DNA of 64,000 nt from Lama glama (taxonomy: Eukaryota). Position 1 is the stretch's first letter. Each line of letters opens with the position of its first letter. The notes below the pieces were generated by a model that was not told the origin of the DNA, ran no database searches, and saw only the letters and a program-made list of their open reading frames with translations. The translations under genes were made by a program, and so were the position numbers. Below are positions 1 through 14,834 of the stretch, piece by piece. The stretch covers positions 29,576,001 through 29,640,000 of the forward strand of contig CM052817.1 of the NCBI GenBank assembly GCA_028534125.1, given 5' to 3'.

Positions 1-59
1 AAGGACATTTGTTACGGTGACTTTTTTTTTTTTAGTTCTGTAGTAGTGATTAATGTGTA

Positions 60-710
60 AGGGTAACAGATTTATCTGAAATAAAACAGTGGGAGAAAGA
101 CAGAAAGCTTAGAAAACTCTAGAGAAATATTTGTATGAGTAAATCAAAGAACTATATAATGGAGTAGACAACAGTAAAAACATAAAAAAAACGTTTCTTT
201 AAAAAGTATAATATGATTTATAAATCTTTGGAAGCATTATTAAAGGAGAAACGAAAGAAAATATGAGTGAACAAAATTCAGACTAAATAATGTAAAATAG
301 CTTCTGTCATATAAGAGATTTATAAAACAATAAAATAATATTATAAGAATTTTAGTCCTTGTAAATTTGCAGATATACTTGAAAGGAATACACTTATGTA
401 AAAGTGTCACTAACATTTTAGTAACTATAAAATGAATTAAAATGTCACCACCTCATATTAAAATTCCTTAGTCCTGTGCGTTTCTTTTTTTTGTTCCCTG
501 GTGAATTCCATCTAACATTCAAGGGTTATATAAGCTCACTGTAATACACATTGTATTTTTTAAGAAGCTTATGTAGCATTCATTTCAGAATCACAAGGAA
601 AGCACAAGAATAGAAAATTAATGTTCTTTTCAGTTATGAACATCCATTGGAATATTTCAGACAAACTTTTCAGTTAATTGAATCCCATGGTATATTAAAA
701 ACACTTTCTA
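60..710 (+). mobile_element. Highly degraded ancient L1 ORF2 fragment
   Basis: A-rich strand with residual L1 motifs (ggtgaattccatctaacattcaagg). Confidence 0.45.
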
Positions 711-2034
711 AATTTAAGCAGAAAACACAAACTAAAAGAACACATCAGCATATAAGAAGAGCAGGAAGAATTCTGGGCAGCAAGAAGAGCAAATAAAAAT
801 TCTCAGTCTGGGAACATCTTGGAGTATTCAAGAAATCTAAAGAAAGGAAACACAGTGACATCTGTCCGACACAGCGAAATAACAAGCTTCAGGTTATTGG
901 CAATTTCAGCACCAGATTGGGCTATATGTCTTCAAATATGTCTATATTTTTGCAAAGCTGAGTTTTGGGTGATGCTGTGATAAAAAGGAAGTATCCTATG
1001 AAAATCAGAATGGAAGAGGAAGTGAGAGTGGTGATGTCCAGCTTGAATACAAGATTTAAGAAGATGTACAAAATCCAACAAACACATTCCACTGGAGAAA
1101 ATACAAAAATGAATATCTAGTTTTGGGTGTTCCAAGCATGGTGAAGATGCAGAAGTGAATGAAAAATCAGAAGAGTGGCAAGATCACACTTTCACTCAAT
1201 AGCTCAAGATGAGCACTTTTAAGTTCTTGTCATAGGTTGAAAAGATAAAATCCAATAGATGCACAAAGATCCAAACACAGATAGCCAAGGCTAACTGAGT
1301 ATTTGTGCTCCTTCCATGTCATTGAGTATCTATAAAAAATGTTTATGAATCGGGAGAGGAAACTATTTTGTCTAGTTTCCCAAGAAGCAGATATATATAA
1401 TTGAAACTAATAATAGAACATCTAGTAAGAATCAGACATTAATTCTTGCTGACTTTAAAATCACCAGAACACTTCATGATCACAAAAAAATAATAAAATT
1501 CAATACTGAGTGTTGGGTGGGGAGAATACTGATCAGAATGCTTATCACTTCTATCACTATATTTATTAATTTAATAGAGTTATTATATCTACCTCTATAT
1601 CTACAGTACTAAGGTTAAAGTTAAAACCAATGTTTTAGAACTAAGATAAAATAACTATTATTTTTTTTTACTTTTTGTTATATTACATGCTAAAAATATG
1701 CATATTCATAATAAATAGGAAGGAAAACACAGGTTGTATCATCTTAGAAGATGTCTCTTTTGAAAAGAGTCAGGTCTAATATCAAACTAGAAAGAGTAAA
1801 AACTGTGTTTGAAAGCCAAATGTAAGAGCACTTTTCCTAAATTTTTCTATTTTTAGAATCCTCACCCATTCTTCTGCACAAGATGCTATTTACCTTATAG
1901 AACTAGCAGAAAGAAGGATATAGGACAATACAGAATACAAAAAGAGAGGAGTTTCTAGTTCAAAATCCGAAGTGATACCTATACAGTGAAGCAGAACTTC
2001 AGAATGTTTATATTTCTCACACGTACTTATGGAA

Positions 2035-2237
2035 TTGCTTTGTCCAACAGGGTAGCCACTAACAACACTGGACTTCTTGAATTAGAGTTAATTAAATTTA
2101 AATATGATTGAAAATTTAGTTTTTTAGCCACACATTTCAACTGCTCAATAGCCACATTTGGCTACTGGCTCTTATATTGAAGAGTAAAGATGCAGAATAT
2201 CACCATTGTTGCAGAAAGTTCTACTGGGCAGGGCTGC
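2035..2237. mobile_element. MER33/MER3-like hAT-Charlie DNA transposon fossil
   Basis: tgtccaac...gtagccact...tagccacacatttcaactgctcaatagccacat...gcagaaagttctactgggcagggctg. Confidence 0.75.
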
Positions 2238-2249
2238 CATAAAATGAAT

Positions 2250-2720
2250 GAAATATGGGAGAGCATCAATCCCATACTAACTATATACTACAAAATTATA
2301 GCAATCCTTTTTCTAGATAGTTTTATTTTCTTCAGTATGCTTTGGAAACATACAAATAGGCAAATCAACAATACAGAATTTATACAAATCCATGTATATA
2401 TTAGAAATTGATATATGATTAATGATGTTTCATAATTAAGTGGTGAAATGATGGACATTTTAGTAGATGCTATGAAGAAAATCTGCAGAATATATGGAGA
2501 AAAATAAAATTAAAATTAGAACTACCATATGATTCAGCAATCTACCTTTGAATGTATGTTGAAAGGAAATGAAAACAAGATCTTGGAGATCTTAAAAATT
2601 GAAGGGCAAAGGAACAAAAATTGATATTAAATAGAAAAAAATGAACAGAATATTTACAAAAATACATAAAAAATTAGTCCTCAAATATATAAAAAATATT
2701 TGGCTCACTCAAAGGTAAGT
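2250..2720 (+). mobile_element. Degraded L1ME-like fragment
   Basis: aaaattagaactaccatatgattcagcaatctac and related L1 3' motifs. Confidence 0.5.
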
Positions 2721-2912
2721 CATGCGTATCTGGAATGATACCACTGAACCAAATAGGGGGAAACGCTTGTATTTGAAAGCAGAATTCTCTCATCTGTCAG
2801 TTTAATGTCTCTATGGCTTATAATGGAATATGTGAGATATAAGGTGTTGTAAACTTGTAGTTTGAACTGGGGGGTGGATGGATTTTAAAAGAATGCTGAA
2901 GAGAGATGCTAT

Positions 2913-2958
<46 letters not shown>
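2913..2958. repeat. (GATA)n tetranucleotide microsatellite, ~11 units
   Basis: Perfect tagatagata... run. Confidence 0.97.
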
Positions 2959-2960
<2 letters not shown>

Positions 2961-3133
2961 TTTTCTTTAGGAAAACTTACTCCTGGCAGCTGGTTTGATT
3001 AATTCCCTGACACCTGCTTGCACACAATAATAGTCACAGTTCACTGAAAGTAAAAAGCATGACGCACATTCTGTTCGTGAGGCTTAAGGAAACAAGTATT
3101 CTCATATATGGTAAACACTAAAGCTGGTGCCTG

Positions 3134-3500
3134 CTGTGTTAGGTTGGGTTCTCAAGAAACAGATGCCATGATGGAGAGTGACCTACAGGGATCAATACCT
3201 GTGAAAAGCAGGAAGAAAACAAATTTGGACCAGGAAAAAAGTTTTAACTATGATACAAGACCAACAACATCACAGCCAGTCTACAGGAAGACCTGGAATA
3301 TCTTTAACCCCTAAGAATTGTTTCTTGGAAGCTGAAATAGACAAGTCTTTATACTTTTGCTTTGACTAGTTATCCAATAAGCATGGCCCCTGGTTCTCTG
3401 CCACTGAGTGAGATCCTAACGGTGTTAACAATTGGAGTCTGTCTGCTGACAGCTGGGGCCACAAGTAGTTCTTTGACAAGGAATCTGAGAGACTGTTTCC
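3134..3500. mobile_element. Old ERVL-MaLR-type LTR fragment
   Basis: tgtgttaggttgggttctcaagaaacagatgc...gggatcaatacctgtgaaa. Confidence 0.5.
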
Positions 3501-4064
3501 ATTACAGTACTTATAATGAGGATAGGAATGAAGAAGGAATCAGGAATAGAAAAGAAAATAATGGTAATGTGTGATGTCCTCAGGAGTATTCTTAAGCCAA
3601 GTTTTCTGAATCTAGGTTTATTTACATGACACAGAGTTAATTCTTGGGTCAGCCTTTTGCCCTTTGGGGATTCACATCATTTCCCCAAGCCACTGTGTTC
3701 TTAATTGATCTGTAAAACAGCAATGATAGTACTTTTCTCATAAAGCACCTCTGAGGCGCAAGTACTTCTGATCACTTTGAGGCTTGATACTTTGTTTTAA
3801 ACTTTTACATGCAATGAAGTATTATATATAGTCGCTGGGTAGGCTTTTTTGTTGTTAAATGTGCTACAACACATTAGAAGTCTGATTATTCTAGTAAAAG
3901 CTGACAATACCAAAGCGCAGTCAAAAAAAGAATTTAGACATTGGAATAGAAGGACTGAAAGCTCAATGGAAAGAATTATCAGGTAGATTAGATGCCAAGT
4001 TCAGAGAAATCAAGTAGAAAGATTCACAATCTAAGAAAGTAAAGTTCAGAAAGACAAATGAAAT

Positions 4065-4290
4065 GAGTATTCTTTATTAAGGACCTTCTATATGCTAGGC
4101 ACTGAAGTAGGCATTAAAAATATTTTTCTCACTTATATGCACATTAACTATGTGAATTAAGAATTATTACTCCAAACTTACAGAAGAAGCAACTGAAGTA
4201 GAGTGCAGCCTAGATCAAACAGCTAGTAAGTGGTAAATTCTATATTCAGTGTCAGTCACTCTGGGCCCAAAGCCCTCATCTTTTCATTTA
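4065..4290. mobile_element. MIR SINE
   Basis: ttattactccaaacttacagaagaagcaactgaag...acagctagtaagtgg. Confidence 0.7.
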
Positions 4291-4744
4291 ATAATTTCAC
4301 TATTAAAAGCTAATGTTAAGCCAAAATCTGTCTGTACTTTGTGGTCACTGTACCAAACAATGGATGAGTAAAATCCTTTATTCCTGGTGGTGGAACTTTG
4401 TTATTTTTCTCAAAAATTAGCATGGCACATAATTGATATTCTATTGGTTGGATCATTGGTTAGGTAGGCGCTGGTTATTTTTCCATCCTCGGTATGCAGC
4501 ACATGGAATATAAGGTAAGAGATGAAAATTATAGGAAACTGAGCTGAGTGTCAAAGTGGATCAGAAATAATGTTAAAATAGCTCAGTGCAGAGTCAAAGA
4601 AAATGAGAATGATTATATTTGAGGGTAAAGCAGAAAGGGAACCAGGCAGAGGGTGATGCCAAAACATCAAACCAAATGCTCTGGATTTAAGGGTAGAAAC
4701 CAAATGATCGCTTATAGGATGGAAACCAGACACAAAACTTAAAT

Positions 4745-5632
4745 AAATGACAATGAGCTATGACTATACTCCTATTAGATTGGCCAAAATAAAGAACATT
4801 GACAACAACAAACTCTGACACTTATACAGAGCAACAGGAACGCTTATTCATTACTTATGGTAATGTAAAATGGTACAGGCACTTTGGAAGTTTGCTGGTT
4901 TCTTACAAAACTAAACATACCCTTACAATATGATTCAGCAATCATGCTCCTTGGTATCTACCCAAAGGAGTTGAAAAATTATGTCTACACAAAAACCTGT
5001 ACATGGATGTTTGTAGCAGTCGTATTCATAATTGTCAAAACTTAGAAGCAATCAAGATGTATTTCAGTAGGTGAATGGATATATAAATTGTGACAATGTA
5101 ATATTATTCAGTTCTAAAAAGAAATGAACTATCAGGCCATAAAAAGACATGAAGGAAACTTATTACTAAGTGAAAGAAGGTCATCTAAAAAGGCTACCTA
5201 CTTTATGATTCCAACCTATGACATTCTGGAAAAGACAAAACCTTGTAGACAGTATAAAGATCGGTTGTTGCCAGGGGTAGGGAGTGATAAATAATCAGAG
5301 AACAGAGCATTTTTAGGGCAATAAAAATACTCTATATGATACTATAATGGCAGTACATGTCATTATACATTTGTCCAAACCTAGAAAATGTACAAAACAA
5401 AGAGTGAACCAAAATGTAAACTATGAGCTTTGGATGGTAATGATGTATCAATGCAAGTTCATCAACTGCAAAATGTACCACTCTGGTAGGGGATGTTGAT
5501 AATGGGGGAGGCTATGGGTGAATGCAAGCAGGGGGTATATGTGTCCCTTTCACGTAATTTTATTGTGAACTTAATACCTCTTTAAAAAAGAAAGTCTATT
5601 TTGAAAAAACAAACAAACAAAACAAAAACAAC
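4745..5632 (+). mobile_element. L1MC-type LINE-1 3' end
   Basis: tttcttacaaaactaaacatac, gagtgaaccaaaatgtaaactatgagctttgg, ggggatgttgataatgggggaggctatg, and an A-rich tail. Confidence 0.85.
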
Positions 5633-6414
5633 TATTACATAAATTTGGATAGGACATTTTCTGTGGTGTCAGTGTAGTTTCAAGGACATTTTCTGGGACA
5701 CTCCAGGCCTTGCCTTTAAGGAAAATGAGAGCTAGTAAGGGCTCCAAACCAACTTGTTCAATTCTCTGCTGTTAAGTCCCTTGTAAGTCATCTAAAGCAA
5801 TATTCGTAACATGGGAGTAAGGAAACTGAGGCTCAGAGAGGTTAATTTATATAAAGTGACAGAGCTGTTTTATGGGAGTCTCCACCATACAAAACTTCAG
5901 TGTCTAATATGAGAAGTGCCAATGTCAGTAATGATGGTTTTATTTGATAGAAAATTAGCTGTGTATTATAAAGGTATGCTAACTAAGCAAATTTCACCCT
6001 TCACAGCATGGGAAGGAACTCACTTAGGAAATTAAGTGACAATTAAAATCCACTGTAATAATGTGTTAAAAAGTCCAAAATCAAGATATGGTGTCTATAA
6101 ATTCAGTATTCCTTCCGTTTTTGTTTATTTGACTTCTGTAATAGAATGATATTTATTCAATAATAGAGATCTGAGGTCAAACGTATTTGTAAAATAAAAT
6201 ATTTTACATAGTATTCTTGGAGATTCACAATACACATCAATGTAGTAAAGGAAATAATATTTTGTTGTTGCAAAATAATATTACATATGCACAGTTAGCT
6301 CTCAGTCACTTAGCTAATAAAAAGGCACTTAATTTTGTGAAAGTTTATTTTCACTAAATAATATTTTGCTACATAAATAATGTCTCAAGTCTACAGCAGT
6401 TCAGAAGCAGACAG

Positions 6415-6665
6415 TCACTAGTTGTTAACCATGCTCAGGCTCTGGGACCAAATTCTGGGGTCAAATCCTGGCCCTGGCACTCATTAGCCATGTGACATGG
6501 GAAAAATTTCTTAGTTCTTCTAGGCTTAAGTAACTATTACACAGAAATAATAATTTGATATACCTCATAGACTTTTGAGAATTAAATCAGTTAATATCTA
6601 TAAAAGACTTTGAACAGTACTTGGCACAGAGCTCTCACACAATGCATGTTAGCTGCTGGAATTAT
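6415..6665. mobile_element. MIR SINE
   Basis: ggggtcaaatcctggccctggcactcattagccatgtgacatgggaaaa...gaacagtacttggcacagag. Confidence 0.75.
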
Positions 6666-9204
6666 CACTCTTTAGCAAGCAGGGAAAACATCCAGAAAAT
6701 GAGAAGGCTTCCTTTGGAACTTAGGTCTTTGTCCATCTCTCCATTTTTTTCTCTCTCTTCTTTGTGTTTTTTCCCCAATATTCTCTTTCTCTTGTTCATT
6801 TATTTCCCCTTGTCTATCGTAAGAAGCAGAGTGTGGGCATAGATAAGTTTAGGATGTGTGACATTAGAGTCAGAGATTGAGGGGAGAAAAAATAAATGAA
6901 AAACGAGAAGAAAGAGAAAAACAAACAGAAAGGAATACTCAGATGAACAAGGACATAAAATTAAACAAATAATTTCATGGAGTTACAGCCTTATAGTTTC
7001 AGAATTCCCAGTAGTGAAGTATCCAACTTTCATTGTACAAGGTGGGCCATTTGTAGGGTTCATAGAATGGCAAAACGAGTTTTACTTGCTTATGAGTGTG
7101 ACACCTGATATGACAGTTTCAGCATCCTAACACAGTACTAAGTGACTTGTTTTGTCTGTTATTACATAATAATTTAAACTTACATTATTTGCTATAAAAA
7201 TAATACTTTTTGCATAATTAAAACTATATTCCAGGAGGTACTTACTTATTGAGTTTCTTTTTAATTTAGTTTCTATTATTTTGTGAAAACTGCCTTCCAG
7301 AATATTGAAAGATATGTTCCTTCTCTGATTATAGAGATTCCACTTTTTTTCTAGTGAAATTCATTACCAATATGGGATACGACAAAAATATATTCAAGCA
7401 ATATTATGACAAAATAGCACATGATTACTTAAAAGTACTGATTTACCTGAAGGCAAACTATATTAGGAACAACTGAAAAGTAGATTTCAGAAGATAATTA
7501 AAAATGAGCTTCCTGGAAGAATTATCAACCTTTAGAAAAAAATCATTATTAGAATAAATAGTACTACAGAAAGATTTTCACAGTATGGAAATAAATATGA
7601 TATACAGTCTAAAATTAATCAGGACGAGAGGCAATGCTAAAAAGTCAAACAGATGGTATTGAGAACAGTATTCACAGACATGGAAAATGACTCAGACACA
7701 AGGTAATGGAAATAACAATTATACTTTATAGCAGACAGCAGTGTAGGTGTGAGCTGCTACTTGAACAGAGGAGAGAAGCATTATTCAAAACTGGTTTTTT
7801 TTTATTGTAAAATATGACAAAAAAAGGAAAAGATGGAATTTATTCCAAAAACATTGCAGAGAAAAAAACTAACATCCAGAAGACAGTTCAAACATGGCTT
7901 ACTGGCAAATCTAGAAATACCTGTATATATGAAATTTTCTTCTAAATGTCTGCATTTTAAATTTAATATTTCTCAGATAATGTTTTCAACACAAATGCAA
8001 CACACATTAGTAGAACTAATATATTAGAAAAAATTACTTGGAAAGTAAAATATGAGATTATTGTAAAATAATACAGTGGATTTCAAAGACTTCATATAGA
8101 AAAATGTAAAACATTTCATTTATAGTCCTTTTTTTTATTACAAGTTGGATTGAGAATTATCTTTGATAAGATGTTAAATAAAATATATTACAAAATTTAA
8201 TTTTATCTGTATCTATTTTTTAAAAGTGTGGTTAACAAAAAGTATGAAATTAAATAGCACTAATAATCTCTCAATTGGGCAGAGCTGATAGAGATGGTGG
8301 TTTGAAAACTGTGATATATTTCCTTGAGAAATGGTTTCATGTACTCTAAAAAAAAAAATTAAAAGTTGATTTCTTCTCGTGACATCAAATCTGGCCTTAA
8401 CAATGACAATCAAGAAACTAACTAAAGCTTCTGGATAACATTTTGGAGATCAACAAATTGAGTACTTTTTTTCATTCTTTATCTATTTTATTTATGTGTA
8501 TCATAGTAACTTTGTATAATTAAATCAGTTAGATATGAATTTTAATCCTACCACTTCCTAGTTTTCCAAGATCTTTAAACTCTCTAAGCCTATATACAAA
8601 TCAGTTAACTGAAAAAAACAAAAAACAAACAAAAAAATAACTTTCTAGTATTTTATGATTGCTGGTTGAAGTTTTTAAGAATTTAAGTAATCTGTATCAC
8701 ATTCAGTTCATATTAATAAGTTACTATTATCAGATAATATTTTTGTTATTGATATTATTAGAAACTTTAGATTTTTTCTGAGCTTATGAATACCTGGAAT
8801 GGCTGGCTGACTGGCAGTCTCTATTTAACCTTCTTTTTGTATTTTTTCCCCCTACCAAAGTTATAAAGGACACAGGAGGGAAATCACCAGCTAGAGCATG
8901 AAGATAAAGCTATTTTGCATTCATCTTCCCTTCAGGAGGAAATATTGAAATGCCAGTTGCTGCACTGCCTGATACACTGTGAAATCATTTCCTGCCCATT
9001 GGGATTAAGAGACCTGGTGATGTGTTGCCTTTTCTGAATATAACTTGCCTGAGAGAGTTGCTGTAACATAGCCATCTGTTTGGGTATCATGGCTGAGACA
9101 TATTTTAGAAGCCTATCTTCCTTTTCCCTATTTCTCAACATGGGCATTTTTACATGCATAAACCAATGTCTTAAACTGTTTTGCTCAGAGCACCCAAATC
9201 AAGA

Positions 9205-9365
9205 GAGCAATGGATTGAGAGCCAGGAGACCTAGTTTCTATTCCAGGCTCAGCCACTAATGAATAATGTGACTTTAGGAGAATCACTTAATGTCTCCTGC
9301 CCTTAATTTCTTCACGTGTACAAAAAAAGAGTTTGAACTGAAAATTTTAAAACATTCCTTTCAAA
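9205..9365. mobile_element. MIR-family SINE
   Basis: ggagacctagtttctattccaggctcagccactaat...tgtgactttaggagaatcacttaa. Confidence 0.7.
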
Positions 9366-9899
9366 TATAATTGCCTAAACTTTTTGCCATGTTAAAAATG
9401 GAAATATTGTTATTTTATGATTTTTCTATCTCCCGAATGTTGCCTGTTTTGTGTCTCTGTTGTTTATTGATTCACCCAACAATCTCTGAGGGCCTGCTTT
9501 TAATAGTGTTCTAAGTGTTAGAAAAAAAATAGTAAACATAATTATATCCTTGTGAACCTTGTAGTCTGGTGAGGGAAATATACACTAATCAAATATTTAC
9601 ACCCACAACTCCACACAAATACAGATGGTATAATTGTGACAAGTGCCATGAAGGCAAAGAATTCAGTGATATGAAAGTAAAAAAGAAGCGTGTGGCTTTG
9701 GGGAAAGTACGAAGGATATGGGTGTGTCATCAAACATTATCTATTTTCCTTTTTGAACATTATATATTCTAGTTAATGTATTATTTATAAATTCATTCAA
9801 TTTTTTAGTGTAATTCTCATTATATTCCAGGTACTATGTTGCATACATCAGTTTACAATAATAAATAGTGTAGTTAAAAAGACATAGCAAATAATGAGA

Positions 9900-11000
9900 A
9901 TTTTGCTTCTATTTAAGATGTGGAAATCAAGAAAATGTGACTCCTATCCTAATAACCAAAAAAAAAAAGAAAGAAAGATATACCATTTACAAAAGCATAA
10001 CTTTCCTTGAAAGGACAGAATACTTGTCCAAAGACAACCATGGGACTGGATTTCAAGTGACAAGCCTCTTTCAGGAGAAAACAGACAAATGAACTATTTC
10101 ATTTTTGTCAAAGCAGAGGCAGTACAGATGACTTCAACAGAAGCATGTGAGATGTTGGCTCAAATGCTGATAGATTATTAAAGACTGAGTTGAACTAGCC
10201 TATCAGTTTATAATAATGGGGAGCCCTGGACATGAGGAGAGCTCTTCCCACAGGCTTCCTCCAGAAGCTTAGAAGAAAGGCTAGGCAGAGCTGAAGACAG
10301 GAGCGAGTTCCCTCGGTGGTACAGGCCTGCATGAGATGCTTTTCGCCGTGATGTCTGCTCCCGTGGACCTTCCTCCCAGAGGAAGCAAGTCTCTAGCCGC
10401 TGAGGTGGAGGTGAGGGAAACGAACCCTCTCAGCTCTACAGCCTTCTGGGGAATAGCAGACGCAACATCTGTCTAAGGATAGGGAATTCTTTTTGCTGAT
10501 GCCATAAATCAGGCGAATGCACACAACTTCTAGAGAAAGGGTAAAAGTAAACATTCTTTGAATCTAGGAAAGGTCCAGGAAAACCTCCTGGACCCTAATC
10601 TGGCACTGATATATAACAGAAGTTTTCTACTACTTAGGGAGGGACAGAAAATTCTGTTTTTCTCCTTTTTTTTTCTTCCTATTATCCACCACAGATAGAA
10701 ATCAATTTGCTGCCACAGAGAGGAGGGACAGAAACACTGAGAAGGTGCTATCTATTCCCATGGCTTAGGTACACAGACCCTTATAAGACTAAGGCTGCAC
10801 CAGAAGATATGCCACCTAAATTATAATCCCAGCAGAATTCCATGCTACAGCAGTGGACTGCTGCGGACAGAGCAGGGAATGAGAACCTACCTCTGCTGCG
10901 CAGCTGTGCAGAGGCAACTGAAAGCAGAAAGTGAAACAGGAACACAGAGAAACCCTTCCAGCCAACTCAGGCCTAATGTTAAGCACAAGGTAACAATAAG
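9900..11000 (+). mobile_element. Probable ancient L1 5' UTR fragment (L1M4/L1MC-like)
   Basis: Resembles recalled old L1 5'-end consensus (gcttctatttaagatgtggaaa...aggcctaatgttaagcacaaggtaac). Confidence 0.4.
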
Positions 11001-13160
11001 CTGCTGCTGGGAGAATCGGAGCCAATAGAATGTAAACAGAAGAGGGGCAGGGCCACTTCTAACCTTGGGCCATAAAAACTGACCATGAATAGTTCTCCAT
11101 CCTCTGTCTCCTTGTACTGTTTTAAGATGAGTACATACAGTGACTGTGAAAGACACAAGGTAAAGATAGCATAGGCATCTTCTATCACAATAGAAGTTTG
11201 GTGTTTTGTCATTTCCTGGAAGAGAAGAATCAACAGATTGTGGACACCAATTAAGCTTTATATGAGCTTGAAACAAACTTTGTTATGATTGCATCACTAT
11301 ACACTTCTGTTATACAGCAGTAGTGCTCCATTAATTAATATAAATATGGTGCTCTGAAGTGAGATGATTCCATAATATAATCAAAAATTATATGGGATGG
11401 CTTAACAGCCAGATAGCAGTATCTAAGAAATTGATACCAGAGCTCAGACATGTGTTAACTCCTTAGGCAGTGCTAATACCTCATTTAAAATTTGCTCTTG
11501 ATAACTTAGCAGACTGATCACATGCCTACTAAGTTGTAGTTCTAGGAAATGTGACAATTAAAATGATAGTGCACATTTGCTTTTATTTTATGCTTCCAGA
11601 AAAGACGTTCCATAAAAGAGATAAGTTCAAGAAAGAATTAGGCAGTTTATAAAATGAAATGAAAGCAAACAAGGAGTCCTAATTTGGAGACTCAAAAGTT
11701 GGGAAGATTCTGGCTCCTTCTGGGTTCCTACCACTCAGATTTGAGCAATAGATTTGAGAAACAGATTTCTCAGGAAAACAAAATAACACACCCTTGAGCA
11801 CAGCTCAGATTAAGAGTTTTTCTAAACTAGATAAACCTATTATTAAAATAAAGGTGTTCAAAGGTGGTCAGCCTTAAAAAGGGAGGTGGGGAGAGAGAAA
11901 GATAAATGAAGCAGAATTTACGATTAGAAATAGGAAATAATTTTGCATGTGGTTAAGTGATTCCTGGTACATAGAATGGACAGGAAGCAAATAGATCTGA
12001 AGCTAATTAAGTCTTTGTGGGGTTGTTTTGTCAATAGATCAAAGTCAACTAAAAAATACATTGTTTACTTTAATCTTATATCAACACTCCATCTCCAAAC
12101 TTGGACCAGTAAGAAATGGACCATAAAAGCTGGGCAGCCCCCGAAGAAGGATAGACTCTAGCAGCCATTTCATATGTGTGTGTGGATAATAATGGAAAAT
12201 GAACAGTTCCACAGAGTGGCTTTTGAAGACTTTATAAAACAGTGTACAGGTGACAACTCACAAGCAGAATTAGGATCTGGTCATGTGTGGATTGAGAGAT
12301 TTTCCATTCTAGGCCCAGAAGTTTATTATTGATCCACTGGCTACTGTGTCTTTCTACATATTTCTTGCTCTATTTTTTTTTTTTTGTACTGGTGGTTTTA
12401 ACTGCAATTACCCTGTTTTTGCTACATCATTGTATATTGAGCATGTGTAGAAGAGGGTAGGGGATAGATAAGTTCTCTATCATACATATATTATCCTATC
12501 ATAAAGCACAACTTTCCAATATCAAAAAAAATGATAGTAAATCATCCAGAAATCCTGAATTTGATTTGGATACTGTATGAACTTTCAGATGTAACACTTG
12601 AGAAGGTGGTGTGGGAAAGAAGGTAAAACAGACATTCTGTGACCAGAAAGCCAAATTGTAACAACCACTGACTAATTGCTATGGTTGTACTGTATTTTTT
12701 AATGTACTTTTAAAGTCTTTTTGCTTTCTTTCCTATTAAAGGATTTTGCATTGACATTCCTAAATGGAATTAATGTGCATTTTTTTCTGTGTTGTGCAAT
12801 ATTTATCAAGATTAGGCATCAAATATCCTTGTTTAAGAAATAGAGTGTGGATAATTTTAGTCTTCTAGGCTATGGAAACAAGTCAGGTAACCTAGGAATT
12901 ATCTATTCTTTGAGGTTTAATAAATTCCCATGAAACACATTTAGCCTAGTGCTTTTCAATGTGGTTCTTTGTGATAACTTCCTGTAATTCTCTGGTGGGA
13001 ATTTATTCTTATTATTTCTGTATCTCTATTTAATGCCTTAGTGTCTACTTAATAAATGCTAACTAAATTTCTTAAAAAATATTTATTATAATCTAAATTT
13101 ACATATTTGTAAACTTCTATGCAAATTTTCTCATTTACTTCTCCCTCTCATTTCCTTCTT

Positions 13161-13351
13161 TTTTTTTTTTTTTACTGAAGTGTAGTTGACTTATTATGTT
13201 GTGTTACTTTCTGGTATACAGCATAATGATTCAGTTATATATCTATATTCTTTTTCATATTATTTTTCATTATAGGTTATTACAAGTTACTGAATATAGT
13301 TCCCTTTACTATACACAGTAGGACCTTGTTTATTCTGTATATAGCAGTTTG
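13161..13351 (-). mobile_element. Short 5'-truncated cetartiodactyl L1 3' end with TSD
   Basis: Poly(T), then gaagtgtagttgacttattatgttgtgtta...aatatagttccctttactatacacagtagg. TSD ttccttctt at 13152-13160 and 13352-13360. Confidence 0.88.
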
Positions 13352-13628
13352 TTCCTTCTTATTTAGTCTGTGTTTTGTATCTTTTCTCTTGTCAACATTT
13401 GATTATATCTGTATATATTATTATATTAATACTTTGTAAAGGAACTAACTTTTTATTTATTCAATAGTTCTATTTTTTTAGTTAATTTCTACTTTAGTTG
13501 CATGTTTCTCACATTTTTTGTTTGTTCTCTATGTTTAAATTCGGTGTGTGTGTTCCAACAGCTTTTGTATGATATTCTGTTCATTTACATTTACTCATTC
13601 ATTAAAGTACAATAAATATTTAAGACTA

Positions 13629-14830
13629 CAGGCATACTTTGGAGATGTTGTGGGTTCAGTTCTAGACTGGTGGAGGATCTTGTCTCCGTGTTGATGGCTG
13701 CTGACTGATCAGCTGAGGTGGCTGTGGCAATTTCTTAAAATAAGACAACAGTGAAGTTTGCTGCATCAATTGTCTTCCTTTCATGAACAATTCCCCTGTA
13801 GCATGTGATGCCGTTTAATAGCATCTTAGTCACAGAATTTCTTTCAGAATTTAAGTCAATCCTCAAGCCCTGCTCTTGTTTTATCTACTATGTTTATGTA
13901 ATTTTCTAAATACTTCATTATCATTTCAACAATCTTCACAGTTAACTTCACCAGGAAAAAATTCCATCTCAAGAAATCACTTTCTTTCCCTTCCTCAACT
14001 CTTTCCCCCTAACTTCAACTCTTCATCTGTTAAAATTTTATCATGAGATTGCAACAATTCAGTCAAATCTTCAGGCTCTGCTTCTAATTCTAGTTCGCTT
14101 ATTTCCACCACATCTGTAGATACTTCCTTCACTGAAGTCTTAAATCCCTCAAAGTCATCCATGAGGTTTGGAATCAGCCTATTTCAAACTGCTAATAATG
14201 CTGATACTTTAACCACGTCCAATGAATTGTATACGTTCTTAACAGTATCTAAGCTGGTGAATCTTGTAATAAGGTATCAGCTGACTTTTCCCAGATCTAT
14301 CAGAGAAATCACTATCTATGAAAGCTATAGCTTTATGTAATGTGTTTCTTAAATAATGAGACTTGAAAATCAAAATAACTCCTTGATCCATGGGCTACAG
14401 AATGGACGTTGTGTTAGGCACGAAAACAACATTAATCTCATTGTACATCTCCATCAGAGCTCTTGGGTGACCAGGTAAATTGTCAAAGAACAGTAAGAAA
14501 TATTTTTCTGAGGAGTAGATCTCAACAGTGGGCTTAAAATATTCAATAAATGTTGTAAGCAGATACACTGTCATCCAGGCTTTGCTGTTCCACTGACAGA
14601 GCACAGGCAGAGTTGATTTAGCATAATTCTCATGGCCGCTTGGATTTTTTGGAATAATAAATGACACTGGATTCAACTTAAAGTCACCAACTGCAATAGC
14701 CCCTAACAAGAGTCAGCCTGTCCTTTGAAACTCTGAAGGTAGTCACTGACTCCTCATTTCTAGCTATCAAAGTCCTAGATGGTATCTTCTTTTAATATAA
14801 AGTTGTTTTGCCTACATTGAATATCTATGA
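13629..14830 (-). mobile_element. Tigger1 (TcMar-Tigger) DNA transposon remnant with transposase fragment
   Basis: TA followed by terminus CAGGCATACTTTGGAGATGTTGTGGGTTC. The ORF at 14395-14709 (-) gives NYAKSTLPVLCQWNSKAWMT...YFKPTVE...DNLPGHPRAL (pogo/Tigger DDE domain). The other terminus is missing. Confidence 0.92.
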
Positions 14831-14834
14831 TGTT

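Noticed and set aside
10816..11276. Three overlapping minus-strand ORFs
   Set aside because: Non-ATG or weak starts, no recognisable domain, largely in old repeat-like sequence.
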